Below are positions 47,929 to 57,810 of a stretch of DNA of 64,000 bases, piece by piece. The DNA is taken from NCBI GenBank assembly GCA_964620965.1, contig CAZUHV010000001.1:329718-393717 (forward strand). Reading direction: 5' to 3'. Below the pieces are notes generated by a model that was not told where the DNA came from, did not search any database, and saw only the letters and a list, made by a program, of their open reading frames with translations. The stretch is from an uncultured Pseudomonadales bacterium. GTDB taxonomy: Bacteria > Patescibacteriota > Microgenomatia > UBA1400 > PJMF01. The number at the start of each line of letters is the position of its first letter. Position 1 is the first letter of the stretch. A program made the position numbers and the translations under genes.

Positions 47929-49251
47929 ATGCAAAGTAAGATTGAGTCTTTAGTTGAAAAGGCTCTCCCGTTTTCTTTAAAAGAAAAAGAGACCCTGCCA
48001 CATTTACAAACTAGCTTTTCTCAAGAATTAGAGAAACTATTAGGAACAGAGTTTGCAGATTGGGCGCTCACGCTCCCAAAAGAAATCTTCCAACAAATAG
48101 AAGCTTTACACCAACCAAGTATTCTTAATAACAAAAATGAAAATAATCATTGGCAGTACGAACTAAATATGGTTCGAGCTGTCTGTGAATTACGGCGAGA
48201 AATACTTCTCTTCTTTAATGTCCCAGAATCTGGTCCCGAATACACACAATTCATGCAAGAATTGCTATTTATGATTATCATTAGTGATATTGGAAAAGCC
48301 GGTCCAGAAAAATATTCAGAAAAAAAACCTTCTGCAGTTGCTGCAAGGATTTACAACAATGTAATTTTAGAAAATAAACATGGAGAAAAAATAAAAGAAG
48401 TTGGTATAAAAGAACTATTCTCAAAAAGTAGTGAACAATTTTATGGATCAACGGTAATCACACAAAGAGTGAGACAAATTATTTACCAAATTAGCGGAAG
48501 CAAAAAAAAGTCATTTCGTGAGTTTGCAGCAGCAATTACTAATTCACAAAAAAGTAATACTACGCTTATATCAGAAATGAGTGAGCAACTACAAGAAATT
48601 TTAGAAGGTGGCAAAGTAAGATCTCTCCCAATAGAACTTGCACTTATTGTTGCAAGAAAAATAGCAATTACCGAACTCATTGAATCAGAACAAAACGGAC
48701 AAAAACTTGGCATTCGTAAAAAAAGAAAACAAATTACTCAAATACGAAAAACATTTAGTTTAACTGATGCGGAAAAACAGTTTCTAGATTCTCACGGATT
48801 TGCAACAGACACCCGCCCAATTGGAGATTTTTATTCTCAATCCCACATACAATTTGGAAAACAATTTTTGTTTTCGCTTAACCTTACTGGCCGGCTGAGG
48901 AATCGTGCGCTTCTTGGACTCAAACATCATTTTGTTCAAGGTGTTCTTCCAGATTCAAGAGAAAATAATGCACTTTTTATTCGCAGATCAAAAACTGATC
49001 CAAATATCCTCCGAGATTTAAAAATTGTAGCCTTCCTAGAAATGCTTGATAAAGTTGAAGCATCTGTTCATCGGCCACCATATGGAAATCCATTTACTGG
49101 TGAAAATCCAGAAAAATTCATGCAAGCAATTAAACAAAACTTAAAAACTAACTATACAAAAAACCATGAATACTTGGCTTCTGTTTATGAAGAAGTGTTT
49201 ACTGCCATGCAAAATATGGGGATATTTCAGTTCGTTAGAGCACTCAAGTAA
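47929..49251 (+). CDS. Hypothetical protein with divergent HD-like motifs
   Basis: SDIGKAG, H, LKHH, LDKVEA; start ATG 47929 just after the tRNA. Confidence 0.55.
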   Translation: MQSKIESLVEKALPFSLKEKETLPHLQTSFSQELEKLLGTEFADWALTLPKEIFQQIEALHQPSILNNKNENNHWQYELNMVRAVCELRREILLFFNVPESGPEYTQFMQELLFMIIISDIGKAGPEKYSEKKPSAVAARIYNNVILENKHGEKIKEVGIKELFSKSSEQFYGSTVITQRVRQIIYQISGSKKKSFREFAAAITNSQKSNTTLISEMSEQLQEILEGGKVRSLPIELALIVARKIAITELIESEQNGQKLGIRKKRKQITQIRKTFSLTDAEKQFLDSHGFATDTRPIGDFYSQSHIQFGKQFLFSLNLTGRLRNRALLGLKHHFVQGVLPDSRENNALFIRRSKTDPNILRDLKIVAFLEMLDKVEASVHRPPYGNPFTGENPEKFMQAIKQNLKTNYTKNHEYLASVYEEVFTAMQNMGIFQFVRALK

Positions 49252-49253
49252 CT

Positions 49254-50453
49254 TTACTGTAAATAAAAATCAACACTTCTTTGCATCGCTTGAGTAAATG
49301 CTGAACCAGTTAAATTATGTCCCCCGTTTGGATATTCAAAAAGCTCATGAGGCACTTGTGTTTTATCCAGAACACTCATTAAGTTTCTGCTATACCCGAT
49401 ATCTACTACAGTGTCATCGACAGCATGATGTACCTGGACAGCTCCAGCTACACCATCTAAATAGTTTGTTGCAGGCACTTGTTGCCAAAACCAAGAATCA
49501 GAGCTATATCTTCCATACAGTTCAAACAACTCATCCCGTTTTCTTTGACGTTCTGTATTTTCTCCTGGTGGTCTATAGCTATTGTCATCAATCCCAAACT
49601 CTGCAAAATCATCATAGGTGTACACAGCTCCTGCCCAAATTACCACTTTTGGAATATTTGGTTTAACTGCAAGTGCTCTAAATACAACATTCCCTGCCAT
49701 AGAATGTCCCCAAAGTCCTATTTTTGAAGAATCAACCTCTGACATATTTTCTAGTGCTGAATAGGCATTCAATACATCAACTACATAGTCTCCAGAATAA
49801 TATGCTCCACTTGCCTCTCCTTCTGATTCATCATGTCCACGTAAATCAATCTTAAAAACTACAAATCCACGACGAGCAAAATAATCAACATAGCTGGCAT
49901 AGTTTTGTTCGGTTCTATAAAGGGTCGGTGGAATATATCCGTGAACAAACACTATCGCAGGATACCCATTTTCTGGTTTTTGGGTCGTTGGAATTGTTAG
50001 TAAACCATTTATCTGTAAACCATCAGAGTCATAACTTGTGAGAAAACTTTCATAATTATTTTGAGAGTTATATTTTGTGAGCTCACCAATCTGACTTTCA
50101 TATGCCCTCTTTTTTAAATACGATATAGTGAGTTCTTGAAACGGAAAAGGGGTAGCAGAAGCAAATGAATCTGCTACTTCGGATCTGTCGGCGCTTTCAT
50201 GAGACTTAGAAAAAACAAATTCTTCTAAAATACTCGCTTCATCTGAAACAACAGTTCTTTTTTGATACACAACTCTAATAAAAATTCCAATTAAAAACGC
50301 ACAAAGTAACGAGAGACTGATCAAAAAAACAATTTTCTGTTTTTTCGAAATTCCTTCGTTTAGTTCTGTTTGAATTTTTTCTGAAAAATCGTTCTCTAAA
50401 ACTGACTCAGTATTTTGGTTTTTTTGCTGATTGGTCAGATTAATCTGTTGCAC
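49254..50453 (-). CDS. Membrane-anchored alpha/beta hydrolase (peptidase S9-like)
   Basis: HGY, DLRGH, GHSMAG nucleophile elbow, DTVV, GGHN. Confidence 0.9.
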   Translation of the reverse strand: MQQINLTNQQKNQNTESVLENDFSEKIQTELNEGISKKQKIVFLISLSLLCAFLIGIFIRVVYQKRTVVSDEASILEEFVFSKSHESADRSEVADSFASATPFPFQELTISYLKKRAYESQIGELTKYNSQNNYESFLTSYDSDGLQINGLLTIPTTQKPENGYPAIVFVHGYIPPTLYRTEQNYASYVDYFARRGFVVFKIDLRGHDESEGEASGAYYSGDYVVDVLNAYSALENMSEVDSSKIGLWGHSMAGNVVFRALAVKPNIPKVVIWAGAVYTYDDFAEFGIDDNSYRPPGENTERQRKRDELFELYGRYSSDSWFWQQVPATNYLDGVAGAVQVHHAVDDTVVDIGYSRNLMSVLDKTQVPHELFEYPNGGHNLTGSAFTQAMQRSVDFYLQ

Positions 50454-50493
50454 TAAAATAGTATAACAAAAAATTTCATGTTACAGTTAATTA

Positions 50494-51750
50494 ATGCAAA
50501 AAATTTTTACTTGGTTTATAACTTGGCGTTTACTACTCTTTATTCCAGTATTCTTAGGAATTTTATTTTTACCGTTTAGAGAGAATTCGCAATTTACTAC
50601 CCTCTGGCAGTACACAGAAAAACATCCGATTATTGAAAACGAACTCGTATCTACATGGTCTAACTTCGATGGAGTTCATTATATTGCTATTGCTTCAAGA
50701 TGGTACAAAGACGAAGGTCGATTTTTACCCCTGTTTCCTGTTGCAGTTGGAGTTGTTGCAGCACCACTTTCCCTAATTTGGCCGATAGTTCCCTATGGAC
50801 CAGCTACATTTTGGGCTGGTCTTTTTGTAAGTACAATTGCTTGTTTACTTGCACTCTATTTTTTGCAAAAACTGCTACTTTTGGATTTTAACAAAAAGAT
50901 AGCTCAAAAAACATTATTTTTCTTACTGATTTTTCCAACTGCATTTTTCTTTGGAGCAATTTATTCTGAAGGGTTATTTTTGCTTTTAAGCGTGTTAGCT
51001 TTATATTTTGCACGCAAAAAACAGTGGTTTTTTGCTTGTCTTGCTGGAATGTTCTTGAGCATAACAAGGCTATCTGGAGTTTTAATTATCTTCCCTTTAC
51101 TAGTTGAATACTATATTTCGGAAATAAAATCTAAAAATGAAGTTAGTGCATTTTTTACAAAAACAAAGTTGTTTTTATTACAACTTTTTGGCAAAAAACA
51201 ATCATTTTTACTAAAAAAACATACAAAATTACTCTATTTTTTACTTATTCCACTATTATTATTTATTTATAGCTATTTTAATTACATAAAATGGGGTGAT
51301 TTTTTATATTTTGTGCATGCACATGGAGCATTAGGCAATAGTAGAGAAACCGGAATTATCGTATTTCCACTTATCACTGTTTATAGATACATCAAAATTC
51401 TCTTTACTGTTTCTCCAGGTATTTACGAATTTTGGGTTGCACTTTTAGAATTTGGCTCATTGCTTTTTGCAGTTTGGGGAGTTTTTATTGCTTGGAAACA
51501 AAAAATTCGCTTGAGTTACCAACTCTATGCTTGGGTGATGATTGCTCTACCACTTTTATCTGGAACGCTCTCTGGATTTCCAAGATATATATTGCCTATT
51601 TTTCCATTTTTCTTGGCACAAGTATTGTGGTTTGAAAAACAAGAAAAAACAAAACTTGGAATAATTTTTTTTTGGGTTATTTGTAGTTTATTTATTGTCC
51701 TGCAAGGGCTACTTTTAGCACTTTTTGCTAGAGGGTATTATGTTTCGTAG
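50494..51750 (+). CDS. PIG-V-like mannosyltransferase (GT-C)
   Basis: FDGVHYIAIA, FLPLFP, FPTAFFFGAIYSEGLF, TRLSG, PRY. Confidence 0.85.
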   Translation: MQKIFTWFITWRLLLFIPVFLGILFLPFRENSQFTTLWQYTEKHPIIENELVSTWSNFDGVHYIAIASRWYKDEGRFLPLFPVAVGVVAAPLSLIWPIVPYGPATFWAGLFVSTIACLLALYFLQKLLLLDFNKKIAQKTLFFLLIFPTAFFFGAIYSEGLFLLLSVLALYFARKKQWFFACLAGMFLSITRLSGVLIIFPLLVEYYISEIKSKNEVSAFFTKTKLFLLQLFGKKQSFLLKKHTKLLYFLLIPLLLFIYSYFNYIKWGDFLYFVHAHGALGNSRETGIIVFPLITVYRYIKILFTVSPGIYEFWVALLEFGSLLFAVWGVFIAWKQKIRLSYQLYAWVMIALPLLSGTLSGFPRYILPIFPFFLAQVLWFEKQEKTKLGIIFFWVICSLFIVLQGLLLALFARGYYVS

Positions 51751-51785
51751 ATTCGTAAAAATAAAAAATCGTTTATACTACAAAT

Positions 51786-52760
51786 GTGATTTTACCACTA
51801 CTAATTGAAACCACTGAACGTGCTCAGAATCCTGAAACTGGTCAAAATTTTAAAGAATTTCCTATTCCCGAATTGCCAGAATCTGTTGTGCAACCAATTC
51901 GAGAAAAAAATGCACTGATTTTAGAAAAATTTAAGCAAGATAAAAGGGAAATCCCACAAGTTGTTATCATTTTAGAGAGATCCGCAGTACTACCATCATT
52001 AAGTATTACAAAAAAAATTACAGAAAGTTTTCCAAATACTACAATACTTAGAGTACCTATTGGAAAAGTCCTCCCTGTTATGTTTGCAGAAGCAAAAATG
52101 CTAGAAGATGATGAATTTGACGAAGACGATCTAGATTTGAATAACCCAACACAAGCTGCGGAATTCATTGTTTGGCTTAAAAATACTTCCGATCCCACAA
52201 TTCAAAAACTACTTCAGGAACTTACACAACTGCAACTAAGAAATAAAAATATTCTTGTTCTTGATGATGCAGTTTCATCTGGAGAAACTATTAAATTAAC
52301 ATTGCCATCACTACTCAGAGCTGTTTATACGAGAACAATTGACTTTGAATCAGAAGCTTTTTTCTCTGCAAATTTTTCTTGGGAAAAAACTATAGTAGAA
52401 AGCTTTGGACTAGATCTTACAACAGCTGAAAAAAAACTTATCGCAACATTGATAAAAGGGACAATTGATATTAGGAGATTTAAAATAGAACTAGAATCTG
52501 GATTTTATGATATTCCAACAGGAGAACAGGAACAAATTGAAACATTTATAAATGATAACTATGAAGCAGGAAATGTAATTGTGGAGCTGGATTCTGATTT
52601 ATCAATCAAAATTGCAGGATATCAAGCTTTGTTTAAAACAAATGCATTAGGTACAGAAAAAGAAACACAAAATCCCGCTGACAGGTTACTGTCTGAATTT
52701 GGAATACATAATTTAACAAAAATTACTAAAGAAATTTCAGAAAAATTTTTAAATATTTAA
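51786..52760 (+). CDS. Phosphoribosyltransferase-fold protein
   Basis: ILVLDDAVSSGETI PRPP-binding motif; LERSA. Confidence 0.6.
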   Translation: MILPLLIETTERAQNPETGQNFKEFPIPELPESVVQPIREKNALILEKFKQDKREIPQVVIILERSAVLPSLSITKKITESFPNTTILRVPIGKVLPVMFAEAKMLEDDEFDEDDLDLNNPTQAAEFIVWLKNTSDPTIQKLLQELTQLQLRNKNILVLDDAVSSGETIKLTLPSLLRAVYTRTIDFESEAFFSANFSWEKTIVESFGLDLTTAEKKLIATLIKGTIDIRRFKIELESGFYDIPTGEQEQIETFINDNYEAGNVIVELDSDLSIKIAGYQALFKTNALGTEKETQNPADRLLSEFGIHNLTKITKEISEKFLNI

Positions 52761-52782
52761 AAAAAATTTGAGTTATGGTTTT

Positions 52783-52816
52783 GAAACGGACGGGCTGGCT
52801 AGAACGCGTCCGTTTC
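52783..52816. terminator. Hairpin between convergent genes
   Basis: GAAACGGACG-N14-CGTCCGTTTC perfect 10-bp stem. Confidence 0.55.
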
Positions 52817-52851
52817 TGTTGAGAACAATATTGACTTAGACTTGAAACGAA

Positions 52852-53880
52852 TTATTGAGTGACCACCCGCGGCATTGGCGGGCAATTACCCGGATCAATC
52901 GGGGTAAACTGTGAAAAATCGTTTCCTCCCGAATTACCGGGATCTGGCAGGCCACCAGGAGTGGCAGGAGGTTTAACTCCAGTGAGGATGGTGCTCAGGT
53001 GCGCGCCACCGGTGTTAACGATGGCTGCGATGCCTTGATACACCCTGCCTGTTGTAGTGACGATCTGTTGAGCGGCAAAAAAGATCAAGATTGCGCCGTC
53101 CTCTCTCTGACCACACCAGTCGGGTTTTGGCCCACCGGTTTCAGTGGCAAGCCAAGAGGTCATAACCGCAACCCACCCAAGCATTTTCAACTTAGATGTG
53201 TAAGGACCACGGTCATGGTTTTGGAGGTGAGGGGGAGGTGCCGGAATGCTGGGCGGAACCACAACATCCGGGAGGAGGTTGGGGTTGCGGGCCATAAGCA
53301 CCCGCGGCATCTGCGACAAAGCATAGCCGGTTGTCAGAACCAACGCTCCAGAAACGAAAATGTAAAGCACCGACCCAATGTCGGCAGGTCCTGGTTCAGG
53401 ACCATCAAGCAAAGCAATGCCACCTGCCGGAACAAAAACGGCGGCCATCATAGACATGTCTGCTCCTTCACCAGGACAGACAAACGCTATTCCTTCTTCA
53501 GTAAGATATACCTGTTCCTCGGGGCACTCAACGTACCCCTGTGTCTGTTGGCGATACACAATCTCCTCGTAAGATGGACCGGAGTAGCTCCGATAGATCT
53601 CACTACCTGGTGCGGCCGGAGCAGGCACCGGAGTGATAATCAACTCAGAGTCTTCAGGCAAAAAATCAGGCCGGGGAGTGCTAGTCCCCGTAGGAAAATT
53701 CTGATCCACGCTCACGGGAGAGGTAGAAGATGAGCTTTCAGGAACAACAGGTTCCGGATGGGTTTCAACCACTGGACTGGAATTCTGAGAAACTTCCATC
53801 GGGACGCAACCAACAAGTAAGCCCAACACTACCAGAATGGTAAGGGGCTTGTACAAACGCTTGAACAATCGGGTTAACAT
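52852..53880 (-). CDS. Pro-rich putative lipoprotein, possibly polymorphic-toxin-like
   Basis: Lipobox LLVGC, P/S/T linker, internal hydrophobic hairpin with LDGPEPGPAD; visibly more GC-rich than flanks. Confidence 0.6.
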   Translation of the reverse strand: MLTRLFKRLYKPLTILVVLGLLVGCVPMEVSQNSSPVVETHPEPVVPESSSSTSPVSVDQNFPTGTSTPRPDFLPEDSELIITPVPAPAAPGSEIYRSYSGPSYEEIVYRQQTQGYVECPEEQVYLTEEGIAFVCPGEGADMSMMAAVFVPAGGIALLDGPEPGPADIGSVLYIFVSGALVLTTGYALSQMPRVLMARNPNLLPDVVVPPSIPAPPPHLQNHDRGPYTSKLKMLGWVAVMTSWLATETGGPKPDWCGQREDGAILIFFAAQQIVTTTGRVYQGIAAIVNTGGAHLSTILTGVKPPATPGGLPDPGNSGGNDFSQFTPIDPGNCPPMPRVVTQ

Positions 53881-54223
53881 GAGTCACCTTTTTCTGGCAG
53901 CCAGCCTGCATATCTTCATACATATGCAAAAACATGCAGGCTGGCACCAAAAAGTAATTAGCTTCTCAAGTCAATATTATTTTATTAATGTGCTGAACAG
54001 TTATTTATTTATAACTATTCCTAACCATTTTTTTGTAAAGTCGCTTCAAAATCGCAAAGATTCTTTAGCAAGAATTTACAAAGTAATTCTACCAAAAAAC
54101 AATCTCTTTGTCAAGTATTATAGGACTATATCGTAGTGTGTCAAAATATCAATCAAATAAAAAAAACTGGGATTAAATCCCAGCTAAAAGGAACATATAT
54201 CTTCTGTAAACAAGTGATTGTTA

Positions 54224-55465
54224 TCACATTTTTGAAACACTTTTATAGAGTACTAATGTATATTCCTCTCCATCATCATTGTCTTTTATTCTGTAGTCCA
54301 TATCTGGATGTTTTGTTTTCATATACTCAAGACTGGCAATCAATGTTTCATCTACTTTATAGTAGTAATTCAAGGGAAAAATATAAGCTGTTCCATTATC
54401 TTTAAGAACTCTGTGTACTTCATCCCAAAGTACTTCGAATCCTTCCTCATCTAACTGAGCAAACATATGGGCAGAGATCGACCAAGAAGCAACAAGTCTA
54501 TCAAAAGATTCACTTTTGAAAGGTAGCTGGGGGAAAACTGCTTCTACGACATTTGATTTTTCTGTGTGTTTTTGTAATCTTATTGATTCAACCCAGCTTC
54601 GAGTCTCATTTGCAATTGTTTTTTTTCTCTGGTCTTTGGGAAGGTGTGCTAGTTTTCGCGCTAAAGCATCTACTTTTGGCTTAATAATATTATTCCAATC
54701 AGGAATATCTGTAAAACCTCTTTCTCCTTTTACGCAAACATACCAAGCATCTTTTTTAAAATCACTTAACTCATCCCCATTGTTTTGTTGATCACTTTCT
54801 TTTTTCTTTTTATTGCTGTTTTCAATATGCTCTTTTGCAGCCGCCCATGCTCGAGCAGCAGTGGCATACTCAGCATCAGATTTAGCTATTTGGGATAACT
54901 GATTTGCTTTTTGAACTAATTCATAGAACTCTGCTAACCATTGAGCGTTTTCTTCCGTATAGGATCTTAATGCCTCAGGAGCTGTCATCGAAAAAAGTTT
55001 ACTCGATAAACTAACCCCATTTTCAGATATGAATTCTCTAAAAGTTTTATTATCCCTTACAAAAGAAGCTACTTCACCATACTCATAATCTATTATTGTT
55101 AAATTACTCCCATGAGATTCATCTAATTCTATTCCCATTTTCTGCCAAGGGTCACCAACATATAGTATTTTACTATCTACAGGGAACATGTCTTCGGCAG
55201 GAATTCCCGTTTCTTGTTCTATATCAGCGGGCGTTCTTCCTGTTAGAGCTTTATCGTTTGCGTCCGTCTTATAAATTTGTCCAGCTATCTCTTGAGCTTT
55301 TTCGCCATTATGTCTTTCAAAACCTTGACCTTTGAATGTTTTTTCCAAATGGGTGTTTACCCTACTGCGACCTTTTGCTTTTTTGCCTTCTGAAGGTGGA
55401 AGATAATGGTCTAACATTTCTTCAAAACTTAGAAAATCTTCAGAATCATTGTGCTCTATAGACAT
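54224..55465 (-). CDS. Class I SAM-methyltransferase-like protein with large helical insertion
   Basis: ILYVGD, IIDY, LPFKSESFDRLVA, EVHRVLKDNG. Confidence 0.65.
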   Translation of the reverse strand: MSIEHNDSEDFLSFEEMLDHYLPPSEGKKAKGRSRVNTHLEKTFKGQGFERHNGEKAQEIAGQIYKTDANDKALTGRTPADIEQETGIPAEDMFPVDSKILYVGDPWQKMGIELDESHGSNLTIIDYEYGEVASFVRDNKTFREFISENGVSLSSKLFSMTAPEALRSYTEENAQWLAEFYELVQKANQLSQIAKSDAEYATAARAWAAAKEHIENSNKKKKESDQQNNGDELSDFKKDAWYVCVKGERGFTDIPDWNNIIKPKVDALARKLAHLPKDQRKKTIANETRSWVESIRLQKHTEKSNVVEAVFPQLPFKSESFDRLVASWSISAHMFAQLDEEGFEVLWDEVHRVLKDNGTAYIFPLNYYYKVDETLIASLEYMKTKHPDMDYRIKDNDDGEEYTLVLYKSVSKM

Positions 55466-55497
55466 AATGTTATGATAAACTATCGATTTGAAAACTA

Positions 55498-55926
55498 CTA
55501 CCACCCAAACTCACTATACATTTGTCCCTTTTTGATTCCCTCAAGTGCAAACCGTATATATGGTATCGTATTTTCTGGTAAATTCTCAAAACTAAACCAA
55601 GAAAGCTCATCACATTTGTCTGGCTCACAATTAAAAACCTCACCAGTCCAATTACGAACAACAAAAAAAACGTCTACCCTCTCGGAACCATCACTATCAG
55701 ATTTTCGATGCATGATATGTCCAACCTCAGCACTTTCAGGCAAAATTTTTAGGCCAGATTCCTCAGCTGCTTCTCGAAGCAATGCTTGAGTAAAATTTTC
55801 ACCTGCATCAACATGACCTGCCACAAGACTATACATCCCATCGTTATATCCTGTGTTAAAACGACGTAATAACAAAACCTCTTCTTTATCATTCACCAAA
55901 ACCAGATACGAAGCTGGAATATTCAT
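55498..55926 (-). CDS. NUDIX hydrolase
   Basis: AGHVDAGE..ALLREAAEESGL, NCEPDKC; start uncertain. Confidence 0.9.
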   Translation of the reverse strand: MNIPASYLVLVNDKEEVLLLRRFNTGYNDGMYSLVAGHVDAGENFTQALLREAAEESGLKILPESAEVGHIMHRKSDSDGSERVDVFFVVRNWTGEVFNCEPDKCDELSWFSFENLPENTIPYIRFALEGIKKGQMYSEFGW

Positions 55927-56042
55927 GTGACGATTGATAGAATTTTTGCTCCAATTTTGCATATATCTCAAACAACTTTTAACCCTTAAAAATTGTCTTT
56001 TCTCTCTTCACCCCTTTAGAAAATCAAACCTCGTTTACATCC

Positions 56043-56372
56043 TTATTTCTTCTTTTTCAACTCTTTTTCTGCAGAAGCTTTAAAATCAATTTTTTCTAAA
56101 CCTAAACCTTTAAAGCCAAAGTATACAACTGCTGCAATTACAACAAAATCAATGAGCATTGAGACAAAATTTCCCCATTTAAGCTCTGCTCCACCAACAT
56201 GTAAACTATAGCTCGTTAGATTTCCAGCGGCCCCAAGAATAATTCCAAGTAAAGGATTAATAATATCTTCAACAAAAGAAGCTACTAACTTTGAGATTGC
56301 ACCACCTAAAATAAAACCCGTTGCCAGACCAACAACACCTTGTTTTCTAATAAATTGAACAAAATCTTTCAT
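56043..56372 (-). CDS. mscL: Large-conductance mechanosensitive channel
   Basis: FVQFI...VVGLATGFILGGAISKLVASFVEDIINP, WGNFV..LIDF. Confidence 0.9.
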   Translation of the reverse strand: MKDFVQFIRKQGVVGLATGFILGGAISKLVASFVEDIINPLLGIILGAAGNLTSYSLHVGGAELKWGNFVSMLIDFVVIAAVVYFGFKGLGLEKIDFKASAEKELKKKK

Positions 56373-56442
56373 ATAAAAACCTCTCTTAATTTTTTTGTAA
56401 TATCAGGCTATTATAGTATATAGGAAATAAAAAGAATTTTTT

Positions 56443-57810
56443 ATGAAAGTAGTTGAAACTGATCTTGATACAATTAGCACTCTATCCGAGACTGAAATAA
56501 ACCGTGAAGCATTCATTCTGCTCGAAAAAGTTAGTGATGTCTATGACAGCATAGACCTACATATAAACTTTATAAATCAAGATCCACACGTAGAACAAAA
56601 AAGAAAAAAATTTCTATCTAGAGCTGGGTACAAAGTAAAAACAGAAATTGGTCTTGTAGGAAGAAAAAAACAATCTCTACATGATTATTGGATTCGTTCC
56701 AATAACGAAAAAGAAATCTCTACACAAGAACAAACTCTTTTAGAGACAATTAGTCAAGACAAATTAGAAAAAAATCCAAGAATTGTTGCTGAGATTGTTA
56801 ACATACTCCTTGCAGCACAAAGACTAAATCTTAGTAACAGACACGTTAGTTCCACTGAAACAGAAATGGCACATATTGAAGAAGTAACAAGGAATTCCCA
56901 AGCTATATATCCTGACTTACCAATTTTACACCTTGCGGCAGCAGTTCATGATTCATATAAATTTAACCAAAAAGGAGGCTTTGAACTTGGTTTGCATGAA
57001 TTAACTAGTACTATAACAGGAACCGCTTTAGTAGAAAAAATACTTGAAAAGTACAAAAGAGATCTTAATTTAAACCCAAGAGAAATTAAACTGATAGTCA
57101 AACTGATTAAACGAGCAATTCTCACACATGGAACTGATGAATTCCCAGAAAGAGAATCAGACTACAAAAAAGGAGCTGTTGGAACTCTAAAAAATATTTG
57201 GATATATGCAAAAAATAAAAAAAGATCATGGATACTATTTGAGAAAAAACAAAATAAAGCAACAAAAACTATCGCTGCATTAAATTACCTCGATGCTTTA
57301 ACTGGAGCAACGGCAAATTCCTTTGTTAAATATAACAACCCTGCGACATATCCAAATGCAATACTTCTAGATAGTTATGCACCATATAGAGTAGGAATTA
57401 AAACGTTAGGTGCATTTTTTGAAAAATGTTTATTTAAAAGCTTTCAAGACAACTTAGAAATGAAATCGGGAAAACTACTAAGGAGTGAAAATAACCCTCA
57501 ACTTGATCAGAAAACTAGGGAAATTGTGTTTATTAAAACTGCTATTGAACTAACAGTTCATGGAAATCAAAAAAAGTTAGGACAACTCATAGGGGACCAG
57601 AATGCTCAATATTTAATACAAATTTGTAAAGCAACTGCTGGTGCATCTTTTAATAAATTACTAACAGCAGTTGAAAGAAAAAATAATCCAGATTTGGCAA
57701 CTAGAGAAAGATCTGAATTTGATAATTCTGTGAAAGTGCTCATTCAAGAGTGTCAGTCAGTTTGTGAACGGGTCCTAGACCAAAAAAAAGCTATCTTCGC
57801 CCAAAAATAA
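56443..57810 (+). CDS. HD-domain protein
   Basis: HIEEV, AAAVHDSYK, HE, ILTHG, YLDAL. Confidence 0.65.
   Translation: MKVVETDLDTISTLSETEINREAFILLEKVSDVYDSIDLHINFINQDPHVEQKRKKFLSRAGYKVKTEIGLVGRKKQSLHDYWIRSNNEKEISTQEQTLLETISQDKLEKNPRIVAEIVNILLAAQRLNLSNRHVSSTETEMAHIEEVTRNSQAIYPDLPILHLAAAVHDSYKFNQKGGFELGLHELTSTITGTALVEKILEKYKRDLNLNPREIKLIVKLIKRAILTHGTDEFPERESDYKKGAVGTLKNIWIYAKNKKRSWILFEKKQNKATKTIAALNYLDALTGATANSFVKYNNPATYPNAILLDSYAPYRVGIKTLGAFFEKCLFKSFQDNLEMKSGKLLRSENNPQLDQKTREIVFIKTAIELTVHGNQKKLGQLIGDQNAQYLIQICKATAGASFNKLLTAVERKNNPDLATRERSEFDNSVKVLIQECQSVCERVLDQKKAIFAQK

Noticed and set aside
52999-53733. 244-aa plus-strand ORF
   Set aside because: Antisense shadow of the GC-rich lipoprotein gene with no recognisable motifs.
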